64,000 nucleotides of DNA, taken from positions 64,001 through 128,000 of the forward strand of contig JAFATB010000018.1 of the NCBI GenBank assembly GCA_019244185.1. The letters are read 5' to 3'. The notes beneath the pieces were generated by a model. The model was not told the origin of the DNA and did not search any database. It worked only from the letters and a program-made list of their open reading frames with translations. The stretch's first letter is position 1; every line of letters begins with the position of its first letter. The translations under genes and the position numbers were made by a program. This stretch comes from Acidobacteriota bacterium. GTDB taxonomy: Bacteria > Acidobacteriota > Thermoanaerobaculia > Gp7-AA8. Shown one piece after another: positions 32,366-41,839 of the stretch.

Positions 32366-32555
32366 CGCCGAGGGATACCGACCGGGAGCGCCTCCGGCGG
32401 GCCGGCACGGCCGGCAGCGCTAAGGGCCTAGCCTAGACGCACGTGCGGTCGCGGTTAACGTTGTTGACGGCAGCCGCACGTGCGTACTGGCTAAGCCCTT
32501 AGCGCTGCCGGCCGCGCCGGCCCGCCGGAGGCGCTCCTCGTCGGTCTCTCCGGCG
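32366..32555. repeat. 190-bp imperfect palindrome filling a convergent intergenic gap (REPIN/MITE-like)
   Basis: About 90-bp arms are reverse complements around a loop of about 3 nt at ~32461. Confidence 0.9.
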
Positions 32556-32557
32556 CA

Positions 32558-35551
32558 TCACCGCAGCGCCAAGGCGACAGCGTCCTCGGTCGTGCCGTCC
32601 CAGCGCGCGCCGAGGGCTTCGATGTCGGCTTCGACTTGCGAGCGTTCGGCGGGGGGGACGGGGGCGCCGAGTTTGGCGCGGAGTATGGCGGCGGCGCCGA
32701 GGAGGCGTGCGTCGCGGCGGAGGCCGCCGAGGGCTTCGAGGACGCTCGCGCTGCGCCAGCGGTCGCCGAGCTCCCAGTGCAGCGTGAGGCTGTCCTGGAG
32801 AACCGGGATTGCGCGTTGGGCGGAGCCGCGGGCGCGGAGGACGTAGCCGAGGAGATTGAGCGACCACGCGATGCCCTCGCGGAACCCGCCGGCGCGCGAC
32901 CATGACAGGCACTCGTCGAGCCACTGCTCGGAGGTGTCGAGTGCGCCGGAGTAAAGCGATGCGGCGGCGAGATTGAGGAGCGACCAGGCCACGCCTTCGG
33001 TATCGCGGCGTTCGCGGAAGAGTTGCAGCGTCTCCTCGCACAGCTCGAAGGTATGCGCGTAATTGCGATTGAGCCATGACGCGAAGCCGACGTAGTTGAG
33101 CGAGCGGCCCGCGTTCGCGACGTCTTCGAGCTCGAGCCAGATCGTGCGGGAGAGCAAGTGGAGATCGATCGCGTGATCGTACTCGCCGCGTTCGCGGGCG
33201 ATCGAGCCGCGGAACTGCAGCGACTGCGCGAGGCTCATCGGATCGCCGTGGCGTCGTGCGAGCTCGATGCTCGACTCGAGCAGCTCGATGGCGTGGTCGT
33301 AATCGCATTGCAGGAACGCGAGCGCGCCGGCGCCGGTGAGGACTTTCGTACGGATGGGAACGTCGTTGCCGCCGGGAACGCCGAGGGCCGTTTCGAGCGA
33401 GCGGCGTCCCTCGGCGTAATGGCCGCCGAGATACCACGACCACCAGAGTGCGGCGCCGAGGCGGAGGGCGAGCTCCGCGTCGCCGGCGCGTGCGGCCCAA
33501 TCGAGCGCGGTGCGGAAATTGTCGGCGTCCCAGGCGAGGGTGTCCGGTTCCAGCTCGCATTCTTCCGCGATCGACGTCATGAGTTGCGCGTGCGCGCGGC
33601 CGATCTCGCCGGCGCGGTTTTGTTCGCGGAGGAGCTCGAGACCGTAGTCGCGGATCGTCGCGAGCATCGTGAAGCGCGGCTGTTCTTCAGAGGATGCTGG
33701 ATCGCGGCGGAGGAACGACTTCTCGAGCAATGAGGAGATGCCATCGAGGACATCGTCGCCGGCGAGGCGTTCCGCTTCGGCGAGCGTGAAGCCGCCGCGG
33801 AAAACCGAGAGTGTGGTGAAGAGTTGCTTATCGCGTTCGTCGAGCAGGTTGTAGCCCCACGAGATCGCGTTGCGCATCGTCTGCTGGCGTTCGGGCAGAT
33901 CGCGCGCGCCGCCGGAGAGGAGCGACAGGCGATTCTCCACGCGTGCGAGCATCGCTTTCGGCGGCAGCAGCTTCACGCGCGCGGCGGCGAGCTCGATCGC
34001 GAGCGGGAGGCCGTCGAGGCGGACGCAGATCTCCGCGATCGCGCGCGCGTTGTCGGCGTTCAGCACGAAGTCGCTTTTGACCGCGGACGCGCGCTCGACG
34101 AACAGCGCGACTGCCGGGTAGTGCGCGAATGCGTCGGGCTCCATCGGCAGATCGAGCGGCGGCGTCGGTAGCGGCGGCACCGCGTATTCGCGTTCGCCGG
34201 AGATACGCAGCGGCGCGCGGCTCGTCGCAAGCGCTTTCACCCGCGGCGCGCCGGCGAGCAGCGCGGCCACGACCGGCGCGGCATCGAGCACTTGCTCGAA
34301 ATTGTCGAAGACGAACAGCATGCGCTTCTCGCGGATCGCGAAGCGCACCGCGTCGAGCAGCGACGCGCCGCCTTCGGGAAGGCCCAGCGTTTCGGCGATC
34401 TCGGAGAGCACCAGCTGCGGATCGTTGATCGATGAGAGCGGAATCCACCAGACGCCGTCGTCGTAGTCGCGGAGGAGCTCCGCGCCCAACGCGAGGGCGA
34501 GGCGCGTCTTGCCGGTGCCGCCGGGGCCGGTGAGCGTGACGAGGCGGATTTCGTCGCGGCGGAGGAGCGAGAGGACGTCGTCGCGTTCGAGATCGCGGCC
34601 GACGAGCGGCGTGATGCGCAGAGGAAGATTGCTCGGCGGCGGCTCGGTGACGGTCACCGATTCCGTGGTTGCGAGGCGCGACTCGCTCGAGCCGCGGACG
34701 CGCGCCGCGTCGCGTGCGAGCTCGGCGCGGAGGCGTTGCAGATCGTCGAGCAGCTCGCTCGCGCTTTGGTAGCGGCGCGCGCGGTCCTTCGTCATCGCCT
34801 TGTCGACGATCGCGGCGAGGCGCGGTGCGGCGGGGAGATTGTCGTGGCGCGTGAGCGGCGGCGGCTGATTGCGCAGGATCGCGGCGGCGACGTCGGAGGT
34901 GCTGTCACCTTCGAACGGAAGGCGTCCGCTGATCAGCTCGTACATCACGACGCCGGTGCTCCAGATGTCGCTGCGCGAGTCGAGCGGCAGGCCGCGCAGC
35001 TGCTCGGGCGACATGTAGAACACCGTGCCGCGCACGACGTACGGATCCGTCTTCGAGACGCCCGGCTCCGGCTCCGCGTTCGTGCGCGCGAGGCCGAAGT
35101 CGAGCAGCTTCACGTAGCCGTCGCCGCGCAGCATGATGTTGTCCGGCTTGATGTCGCGGTGCACGAGGCCGACCGCTTCCGCCGCGGTGATCGCGGAGGC
35201 GATCTGCATGGCCAGATCGAGCACCTCGTCGATGGTCGGCTCCGCGCGCAGCAGCCGCTGGCGCAGCGTGATGCCGTCGACGTACTCGGTGGCGATGAAA
35301 TGGTCCTCGCCGAACGTGCCGACGTCGTAGACCGTGAGGATGTTCGGGTGATTGAGTGCGGACGCGGCGCGCGCCTCGTACTCGAGCCGCTTGCGCAGTT
35401 CCTCGTCGTGGCGGATCTCGCCGGCGAGGACTTTCAGCGCGACGGGCCGCTGCAGCTGCGCGTCGTGCGCGAGGTAGACCTCGCCCATCCCCCCCGCGCC
35501 GATAAGCGAGCGGATCTCGTAGCGGCCGTGACGGGAGCCCGGGAGAAGCAT
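32558..35551 (-). CDS. Hanks-type Ser/Thr kinase - STAND/NB-ARC ATPase - TPR protein
   Basis: GAGGMG, VALK, HRDIKPDN, DFG; GPGGTGKT, VFDNFEQ, GLPLAIEL; TPR-like C-terminus. Confidence 0.92.
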   Translation of the reverse strand: MLLPGSRHGRYEIRSLIGAGGMGEVYLAHDAQLQRPVALKVLAGEIRHDEELRKRLEYEARAASALNHPNILTVYDVGTFGEDHFIATEYVDGITLRQRLLRAEPTIDEVLDLAMQIASAITAAEAVGLVHRDIKPDNIMLRGDGYVKLLDFGLARTNAEPEPGVSKTDPYVVRGTVFYMSPEQLRGLPLDSRSDIWSTGVVMYELISGRLPFEGDSTSDVAAAILRNQPPPLTRHDNLPAAPRLAAIVDKAMTKDRARRYQSASELLDDLQRLRAELARDAARVRGSSESRLATTESVTVTEPPPSNLPLRITPLVGRDLERDDVLSLLRRDEIRLVTLTGPGGTGKTRLALALGAELLRDYDDGVWWIPLSSINDPQLVLSEIAETLGLPEGGASLLDAVRFAIREKRMLFVFDNFEQVLDAAPVVAALLAGAPRVKALATSRAPLRISGEREYAVPPLPTPPLDLPMEPDAFAHYPAVALFVERASAVKSDFVLNADNARAIAEICVRLDGLPLAIELAAARVKLLPPKAMLARVENRLSLLSGGARDLPERQQTMRNAISWGYNLLDERDKQLFTTLSVFRGGFTLAEAERLAGDDVLDGISSLLEKSFLRRDPASSEEQPRFTMLATIRDYGLELLREQNRAGEIGRAHAQLMTSIAEECELEPDTLAWDADNFRTALDWAARAGDAELALRLGAALWWSWYLGGHYAEGRRSLETALGVPGGNDVPIRTKVLTGAGALAFLQCDYDHAIELLESSIELARRHGDPMSLAQSLQFRGSIARERGEYDHAIDLHLLSRTIWLELEDVANAGRSLNYVGFASWLNRNYAHTFELCEETLQLFRERRDTEGVAWSLLNLAAASLYSGALDTSEQWLDECLSWSRAGGFREGIAWSLNLLGYVLRARGSAQRAIPVLQDSLTLHWELGDRWRSASVLEALGGLRRDARLLGAAAILRAKLGAPVPPAERSQVEADIEALGARWDGTTEDAVALALR

Positions 35552-35622
35552 GGATCGGACGAATTGTATGCTGCGGACCCGACACGACCGGCCGCGTGGG
35601 CGTATCCTTCTCTCCGTCCAAA

Positions 35623-37191
35623 ATGAATGCGCAACGCGGCGTTCCGATCCTGCTGGCGTTCTCGCTCGCCTTCCCGCTCGCGGCGCAGAACCGCGCGGTC
35701 GATGTGCTGCACTACCGCATCGAGCTCGCGATTCCGCAGAGCGTCGATGCGATCGACGGCAGCGCGGAGCTGACGGTGAGGCCGGTCGCAGCGCCGCTCG
35801 CGTCGCTCGTGCTCGACTTCGCGGGGCTCACGGTGGACGGCGTGACGGTCGACGACGCGGCGGCGACGTTCACGCGCGACGGCGCGAAGCTCTCCATCGC
35901 GCTGCCGCGGCCCGCGTCTGCGGTCTTCCGCGCGCGCATCCGCTATCACGGCAAACCGGCGGACGGCCTCTTTCTCCAGCGCAACAAGTACGGCGACGCG
36001 GGCGTCTTCGCCGACAACTGGCCGAACCGCGCGCACTTCTGGTTTCCGGCCGTCGATCATCCGTCGGACAAAGCGAGCGTCGAGTTCATCGTCACCGCGC
36101 CGGACCGCTTCGACGTCATCGCCAACGGCACGCGCGTCGAGTCGACCAGCCTGCAGAACGGCTTCAAGCGCACGCACTGGAGCGAGGCCACGCCCATTCC
36201 CGTGCACTGCATGGTCTTCGGCGCCGCGGAGTTCTCCGTCCTGCGCGCCGGCGCGTACGGCGGCACCGAGATCTCGTATTACCTCTACCCGCGCGACCGC
36301 GACCTCGGCGCGCGCGGACTCGGGCGCACGCCGCAGATGGTCAACGTCTTTACCGATCTGATCGGACCGTTCCCGTACGACAAGCTCGCGCTCGTCGAGT
36401 CGTCCACGCGCTTCGGCGGGATGGAGAACGCGACCGCGATCTTTCTGAACGAGAAGCGCGTCGGCGAGAAGCCGTCGATGGAGGCGGTCGTCGCGCACGA
36501 GATCGCGCACCAGTGGTTCGGCGACGCGCTGTCGCAGACCGACTGGCACGACCTCTGGCTCAGCGAAGGCTTCGCGACGTACTTCGGCACCGTCTTCTTC
36601 GAGCGCGCGGACGGCGTGGGCGCGTTCCGCCGCGTCATGCGCGAGCGCTTCGCCGAATACCTCGAGTCGAACGGCGAGGACGCGCGGCCGGTCTTCGATC
36701 CGTCCATCGTCGACCTCCCGTCGCTGCTCAACAAACGCAACTACAACAAGGGCGCGTGGGTGCTGCACATGCTGCGCGGCGTCATGGGCGACGCCGCGTT
36801 TTTCGACGGCATCCGCGACTACTACGCCGCGTACCGCAACGGCAACGTCTCCACCGCCGACTTCCGCACCATCATGGAGCGCCACGCCGGCCAGCCGCTC
36901 GACTGGTTCTTCCGCGAATGGATCTTCGAGCCCGGACATCCCGTCTTCTCGCTCGCGTGGACGTGGGACGAGAAGCGCGCGAAAGTGGCCGTGACGATCG
37001 AGCAGCGCCAGACCACGCCCACGACGTTCCGCATGCCGCTCACGCTCGAGATGCGCGGCGACGGCTTCCGCAGCCGCGAGATCGTCACCGTCGGCGGCCG
37101 CAGCGAGCAGTTCGAGCTCGACAGCCCGCAGCGTCCGGACGAAGTGGTCGTCGATCCCGACGAGATGGTGATGAAAGAAGTGCTGCGCTGA
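35623..37191 (+). CDS. M1-family aminopeptidase (exported)
   Basis: GGMEN, HEIAH...WLSEG, YNKGA. Confidence 0.93.
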   Translation: MNAQRGVPILLAFSLAFPLAAQNRAVDVLHYRIELAIPQSVDAIDGSAELTVRPVAAPLASLVLDFAGLTVDGVTVDDAAATFTRDGAKLSIALPRPASAVFRARIRYHGKPADGLFLQRNKYGDAGVFADNWPNRAHFWFPAVDHPSDKASVEFIVTAPDRFDVIANGTRVESTSLQNGFKRTHWSEATPIPVHCMVFGAAEFSVLRAGAYGGTEISYYLYPRDRDLGARGLGRTPQMVNVFTDLIGPFPYDKLALVESSTRFGGMENATAIFLNEKRVGEKPSMEAVVAHEIAHQWFGDALSQTDWHDLWLSEGFATYFGTVFFERADGVGAFRRVMRERFAEYLESNGEDARPVFDPSIVDLPSLLNKRNYNKGAWVLHMLRGVMGDAAFFDGIRDYYAAYRNGNVSTADFRTIMERHAGQPLDWFFREWIFEPGHPVFSLAWTWDEKRAKVAVTIEQRQTTPTTFRMPLTLEMRGDGFRSREIVTVGGRSEQFELDSPQRPDEVVVDPDEMVMKEVLR

Positions 37192-37193
37192 CC

Positions 37194-37244
37194 TTGACGA
37201 ACCGGCCGTCGTGGCTTACTGTATTAATCACTTAGTACAGTAAG
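37194..37244 (+). promoter_or_regulatory. Promoter with overlapping GntR/YtrA-type operator
   Basis: TTGACG-17 nt-TACTGT; near-palindrome CTTACTGTATTAATCACTTAGTACAGTAAG at 37215-37244. Confidence 0.8.
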
Positions 37245-37255
37245 GCAACGAGGCC

Positions 37256-37651
37256 ATGTTCGATATCCATCCCGCCAGCGCCGTTCCGATCTGGCGCCAG
37301 ATCGAAGAGGGAATGCGGCGCATGATCTCCCTCGGCACGCTGCGGCCGGGAGCCGCCGTCCCTTCCGTACGCGATCTCGCGCGCGACTTGAGCGTCAACC
37401 CCAACACCGTCGCTCGCGCGTACCAGCGCCTCTCCGACGCCGGCGTCTTCGTCGTGCGGAGAGGCGAGGGGACGTTCGTTGCCGACGCGCCCGCGCAACT
37501 GCGCAAGGCGCAGCGCAACGAGAAGCTGCGCGACTCCGCGACCAGCTACGCCGGCACCGCGCTCGCCGTGGGCGCCTCGCTCGAGGACGCCGCGGCCGAG
37601 CTCGAGAACGCATACGAACGCCTCACCCGCGAGCACAGGAGCAAAGCATGA
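37256..37651 (+). CDS. GntR-family (YtrA subfamily) regulator
   Basis: PIWRQI, PSVRDLA..L.VNPNTVARAY, GEGTFV; short C-terminal domain. Confidence 0.93.
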   Translation: MFDIHPASAVPIWRQIEEGMRRMISLGTLRPGAAVPSVRDLARDLSVNPNTVARAYQRLSDAGVFVVRRGEGTFVADAPAQLRKAQRNEKLRDSATSYAGTALAVGASLEDAAAELENAYERLTREHRSKA

Positions 37652-38538
37652 GCGACGCCCGGCCCGACATCGAGCTCTCGCACGTCGGCATCCGCTATGG
37701 CCGCCGCGTGGCCGTCGACGACATCAACCTGCGCGTTGCGCGCGGCAGCGTCTACGCGCTCCTCGGCCGCAACGGCGCCGGCAAGTCCTCGCTCGTCCGC
37801 GCGCTGCTCGGACAGCTGCAGCCGCAGCACGGCAGCATCGCGCTCTTCGGCGAAGACGTCTGGCGCCGCCGCGCGCAGCTGATGGAGCGCGTCGGCGTCG
37901 TCGCGGAAGAAACCGACGCGCCGCCGGAGATGCGCGTGCGCGACCTCGGCCGCTTCTGCGCGAAGTTGTACGCGCGCTGGGACGCGGCCGCGTACGACGC
38001 GCGCATCGCGCGGTTCGAGATCGAGCCGCTCGCGCGCTACGGCGAGCTGTCGAAAGGCCAGCGCAAGCAGGTGTCGCTCGCGCTCGCGCTGGCGTCGTCG
38101 CCGCAGCTGCTCGTCCTCGACGATCCGACCCTCGGTCTCGACGTCGTCGCGCGCAAGGCGCTCTTCGATGAAGTCATCGTCGATCTCGCCGACCGCGGCA
38201 TCACGGTCTTCATCGCCACGCACGATCTCGCCGCGACGGAGTCGATCGCCGACCGCGTCGGCATCCTCCGCGGCGGACGGCTCGTGCTCGACGAGGAAGT
38301 GGAGACGCTGAAGGCGCGCTTCCGCCGCATCCGCGTCGCGGACCCGCCGGCCGCGCTGGCGCACGCGAACCTCCGCACGACGGCGGTGCGGCAGTGGGGC
38401 GGCGGCACGGAGGCGGTCGTCTCGAACTACGACGACCTCGCGCTGGCGAAGCTCGGGAACGTCGCCGAGGCGGCGGCGATGTCGCTGGAAGACATCTTCA
38501 TCGCGGTGGCCGGTGAGGCCGAGGGAGGGCAGTCATGA
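37648..38538 (+). CDS. ABC ATPase (YtrB-like)
   Basis: GRNGAGKS, LSKGQ, LVLDDP, ATH. Confidence 0.92.
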   Translation: MSDARPDIELSHVGIRYGRRVAVDDINLRVARGSVYALLGRNGAGKSSLVRALLGQLQPQHGSIALFGEDVWRRRAQLMERVGVVAEETDAPPEMRVRDLGRFCAKLYARWDAAAYDARIARFEIEPLARYGELSKGQRKQVSLALALASSPQLLVLDDPTLGLDVVARKALFDEVIVDLADRGITVFIATHDLAATESIADRVGILRGGRLVLDEEVETLKARFRRIRVADPPAALAHANLRTTAVRQWGGGTEAVVSNYDDLALAKLGNVAEAAAMSLEDIFIAVAGEAEGGQS

Positions 38539-40394
38539 CGGCAGTCGTCATTGCGGCGCGCGAGCTGCGCGCGCGGACGCGGTTCTTTCTGCTTTGCTCG
38601 GCGTTCGCGGTGCTGCCGTTCCTCGCGGCGCTTCTTTCCGCGGCGCGCGGCGATGCCTCGACGGTCATCGCGATGATCGGCGGCTCGCTGGCGCTGGTGA
38701 TGGCGTTCGGAAGCGCGGTGACCCTCGGCGCGAATGCGGTCGGACACGAGCTCGGCGAGCGGCGGCTGTCGTTCTACTTCGCGCGGCCGATCTCGCCCGC
38801 GGCATTGTGGGCCGGCAAAGCGTGCGCGTCGGCCGCGGTGTTTCTCGGCGCGTTCGCGATCATCGCCGTGCCGGCCATGCTCGGCGCGTGGGACGTCTGG
38901 TTCAACGTGTGGCCCGTGCCGTTTCTCGTGAAGGCGTGCGCGATCGTCATCGTCACCTTCCTGCTCGCGCACGCGCTCGGCACGATGATCCGCTCGCGTT
39001 CCGCGCTCATCGCGCTCGACTTTCTCCTCGCCGTCGTCGTCCTCGGCATCGGCGCGGCCGCGCTCTATCCGCTGCTGGTTGCGCACGCGGTTCAGGATGC
39101 GGGAGCGATCGCGGTCGCATGCGCCATCGGCATCATCGTGATCCTCGCGGTCGCGCCGGTGTGGCAGCTCGCGAACGGCCGCACCGACGCGCGCCGCAAC
39201 CACGTCGCGTTCGCGCGCGCGTTCTGGCCCCCGCTCTTCGTGCTGGTGCTCGCCGCGGCGGCGTATGCGTGGTGGATCGTGTCGGCGTCGCCGCTCGACT
39301 TCACGCGCGTGGCGCTGCTCGACATGTCGCCGACGGGGGAGTGGATGCTCGCCACCGGCGTCGCGCCGGGACGCGGCGACTATCAGCCGACGTTGATTGC
39401 GAACGTCCGCGACGGGCGCTTCCGCCGGCTCGCGGCGCCGCCGTACTACGGCATCGCGTACGCGCGCGACGGCCAGACGATGGCGTGGATGCAGCCTTCC
39501 GGGCCGTCCTTCGATGCGCCGCGCGAGCTCTTCGTCCTGCATCTCGCCGACCGGCGCGCGCGGCCGCTTGCGACCGGCATCCGCGTCGACGGCGTGCCGC
39601 ACTTCACGCTGTCGGATGACGGCACGCGCGTCGCGATCGCCGACGCGCGCACGCTCGCGGTGCACGACCTCGCGGCGGCGCGCCTGGTCGCGTCGGTGCC
39701 GGTGAGCACGTTCACCACGACGAGCCTCTTCTTCGCGACGCCGGACGTCGTGCGTCTCGTCGGCGTCGACGTCGGAGGCACGGCCGGGTTGCGCGTCAGC
39801 GAGCTCGATCTGCGCACGCGCGAGCTGCGCACGACGGGCGAGCTGCACGCGCCGGTGGCGCCGGGCATTCGCGCCTCGTCCGATGGCTCGCGCCTTCTCG
39901 TGAACACGCCGCTGCGTGTCCTCGACGGTCGCACCGCGGCGGTCGTCGCCGATCCGCGCATCACCGCGGCGCAGTACTCGCGCGCGATGCTCGCGGACGG
40001 CTCGTTCGTCGTCGTCACCGGCGCCGCGAAGAACGCGCGCCTCTCGACGTTCGACGCGAACGGCGCTCCCGGCGTCGAAGTCGTGCTGCCGGGCGTTGTG
40101 CGCGCGGGCGTGTCCGCCGAACTGCCGGCGCATCGGCTCGTGCTCACCAGCTACACGCCGGGACAATTCGCGGCGACCGGCAAAGGCACGCGCGTCTTCG
40201 TCGTCGACTTGCAGCGCGGCGTCATCGAGCACGTCATCGACGGCGTGCGTTGTCCGATCGGCTCGGAGTGGAACGGCGCCGATCCGCGCGCGCGCATCGT
40301 GCCGGCGGGCATGCCGCTGCCGGCCGTCGATGAAGCGGGGAAGCTGATCCTCGTCGATCCCGCGACCGGCGCGCGGCGCGCGTTTCCGTCGTAG
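38535..40394 (+). CDS. ABC permease with a C-terminal beta-propeller-like soluble domain
   Basis: TM N-half with FYFARPI...WAGK; SPTG/SDDG/SSDG repeats in the C-half. Confidence 0.7.
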   Translation: MTAVVIAARELRARTRFFLLCSAFAVLPFLAALLSAARGDASTVIAMIGGSLALVMAFGSAVTLGANAVGHELGERRLSFYFARPISPAALWAGKACASAAVFLGAFAIIAVPAMLGAWDVWFNVWPVPFLVKACAIVIVTFLLAHALGTMIRSRSALIALDFLLAVVVLGIGAAALYPLLVAHAVQDAGAIAVACAIGIIVILAVAPVWQLANGRTDARRNHVAFARAFWPPLFVLVLAAAAYAWWIVSASPLDFTRVALLDMSPTGEWMLATGVAPGRGDYQPTLIANVRDGRFRRLAAPPYYGIAYARDGQTMAWMQPSGPSFDAPRELFVLHLADRRARPLATGIRVDGVPHFTLSDDGTRVAIADARTLAVHDLAAARLVASVPVSTFTTTSLFFATPDVVRLVGVDVGGTAGLRVSELDLRTRELRTTGELHAPVAPGIRASSDGSRLLVNTPLRVLDGRTAAVVADPRITAAQYSRAMLADGSFVVVTGAAKNARLSTFDANGAPGVEVVLPGVVRAGVSAELPAHRLVLTSYTPGQFAATGKGTRVFVVDLQRGVIEHVIDGVRCPIGSEWNGADPRARIVPAGMPLPAVDEAGKLILVDPATGARRAFPS

Positions 40395-40417
40395 AAAAGA
40401 AAAAGGCCGGATGTAAA

Positions 40418-40444
40418 AAAAGGCCGGACAGCGTCCGGCCTTTT
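40418..40444. terminator. Bidirectional intrinsic terminator
   Basis: AAAAGGCCGGAC-AGC-GTCCGGCCTTTT between convergent genes. Confidence 0.85.
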
Positions 40445-40470
40445 CGCATCGCGTGCTGCTGCGATTCGCG

Positions 40471-40842
40471 TTACGCGTTCTTCGGCGTTGCCAGTCCGGC
40501 GCGCGCGGCGTCGACGAGCGCGGTGAAGCCCGCGGCGTCATGGACGGCCATGTCGGCCAGCACCTTGCGGTCGAGCGTGTTGCCCGCGGCCTTCAGGCCG
40601 GCGATGAACTGCGAGTAGGACATGCCGTTCTGGCGCGCGGCCGCGTTGATGCGGGCGATCCAGAGCTTCCGGAAATCTCCCTTGCGATCCTTGCGGCCGG
40701 TGAAGGCGGAGTTGAGCGCCTTGTCGACGGCCTGCTGCGCGATGCGGTGTCCGCGCGACCTCATCCCGTAGAAGCCCTTGGCGAGCTTCAGGACTTTTGC
40801 GCGGCGGTTCTTTCTCTTTGGACCTCGTTTGACTCTCGGCAT
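40471..40842 (-). CDS. rplT: 50S ribosomal protein L20
   Basis: MPRVKRG...AKGF.G...[12 protein letters not shown]...DRKVLAD. Confidence 0.98.
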   Translation of the reverse strand: MPRVKRGPKRKNRRAKVLKLAKGFYGMRSRGHRIAQQAVDKALNSAFTGRKDRKGDFRKLWIARINAAARQNGMSYSQFIAGLKAAGNTLDRKVLADMAVHDAAGFTALVDAARAGLATPKNA

Positions 40843-40926
40843 TGCGTTCTCCCTGTTTCCTTTCGTTTCGAGCGGCCGGGTCAGGAGGGTGAGTTACCCG
40901 GCGCGCTCCGTTGACTGCATCCGTAC

Positions 40927-41124
40927 TTAGTCGTACGGAAGCATGCGCTTCACGGTCTTCGCATTCGCGGGCGAGACTTCGACTTCGCCGGCGAGCTTCG
41001 ACTTCCGGCCCGGCGACTTCTTGGTCAGGATGTGCGAATGGAAGGCGTGGTTGCGCTGGAGCTTGCCGCTGCCGGTCTTCTTGAACCGTTTCGCGGCCCC
41101 ACGATGCGTCTTCATCTTAGGCAT
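40927..41124 (-). CDS. rpmI: 50S ribosomal protein L35
   Basis: [21 protein letters not shown]...H.L.KK. Confidence 0.97.
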   Translation of the reverse strand: MPKMKTHRGAAKRFKKTGSGKLQRNHAFHSHILTKKSPGRKSKLAGEVEVSPANAKTVKRMLPYD

Positions 41125-41211
41125 AGCTGTCCCCTTAAAGCCTCGCTGGTAACGGAGCGGGCCGCGGGTTGATTCCCGCGGCGCGTTCAACGGTTCGTCT
41201 GCGATGCGGCG

Positions 41212-41766
<555 letters not shown>

Positions 41767-41839
41767 CTGGGCTTCCTCCTGAAATATGGTTGTTCTGAAC
41801 GGCGCAATCTACGGATAAAGGCGCCACAAAGTCAACGCG

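Noticed and set aside
40860-41200. Hairpins either side of rpmI as an L20-leader-type RNA
   Set aside because: Simple GC stems; I cannot match them to the L20 leader consensus without a covariance search
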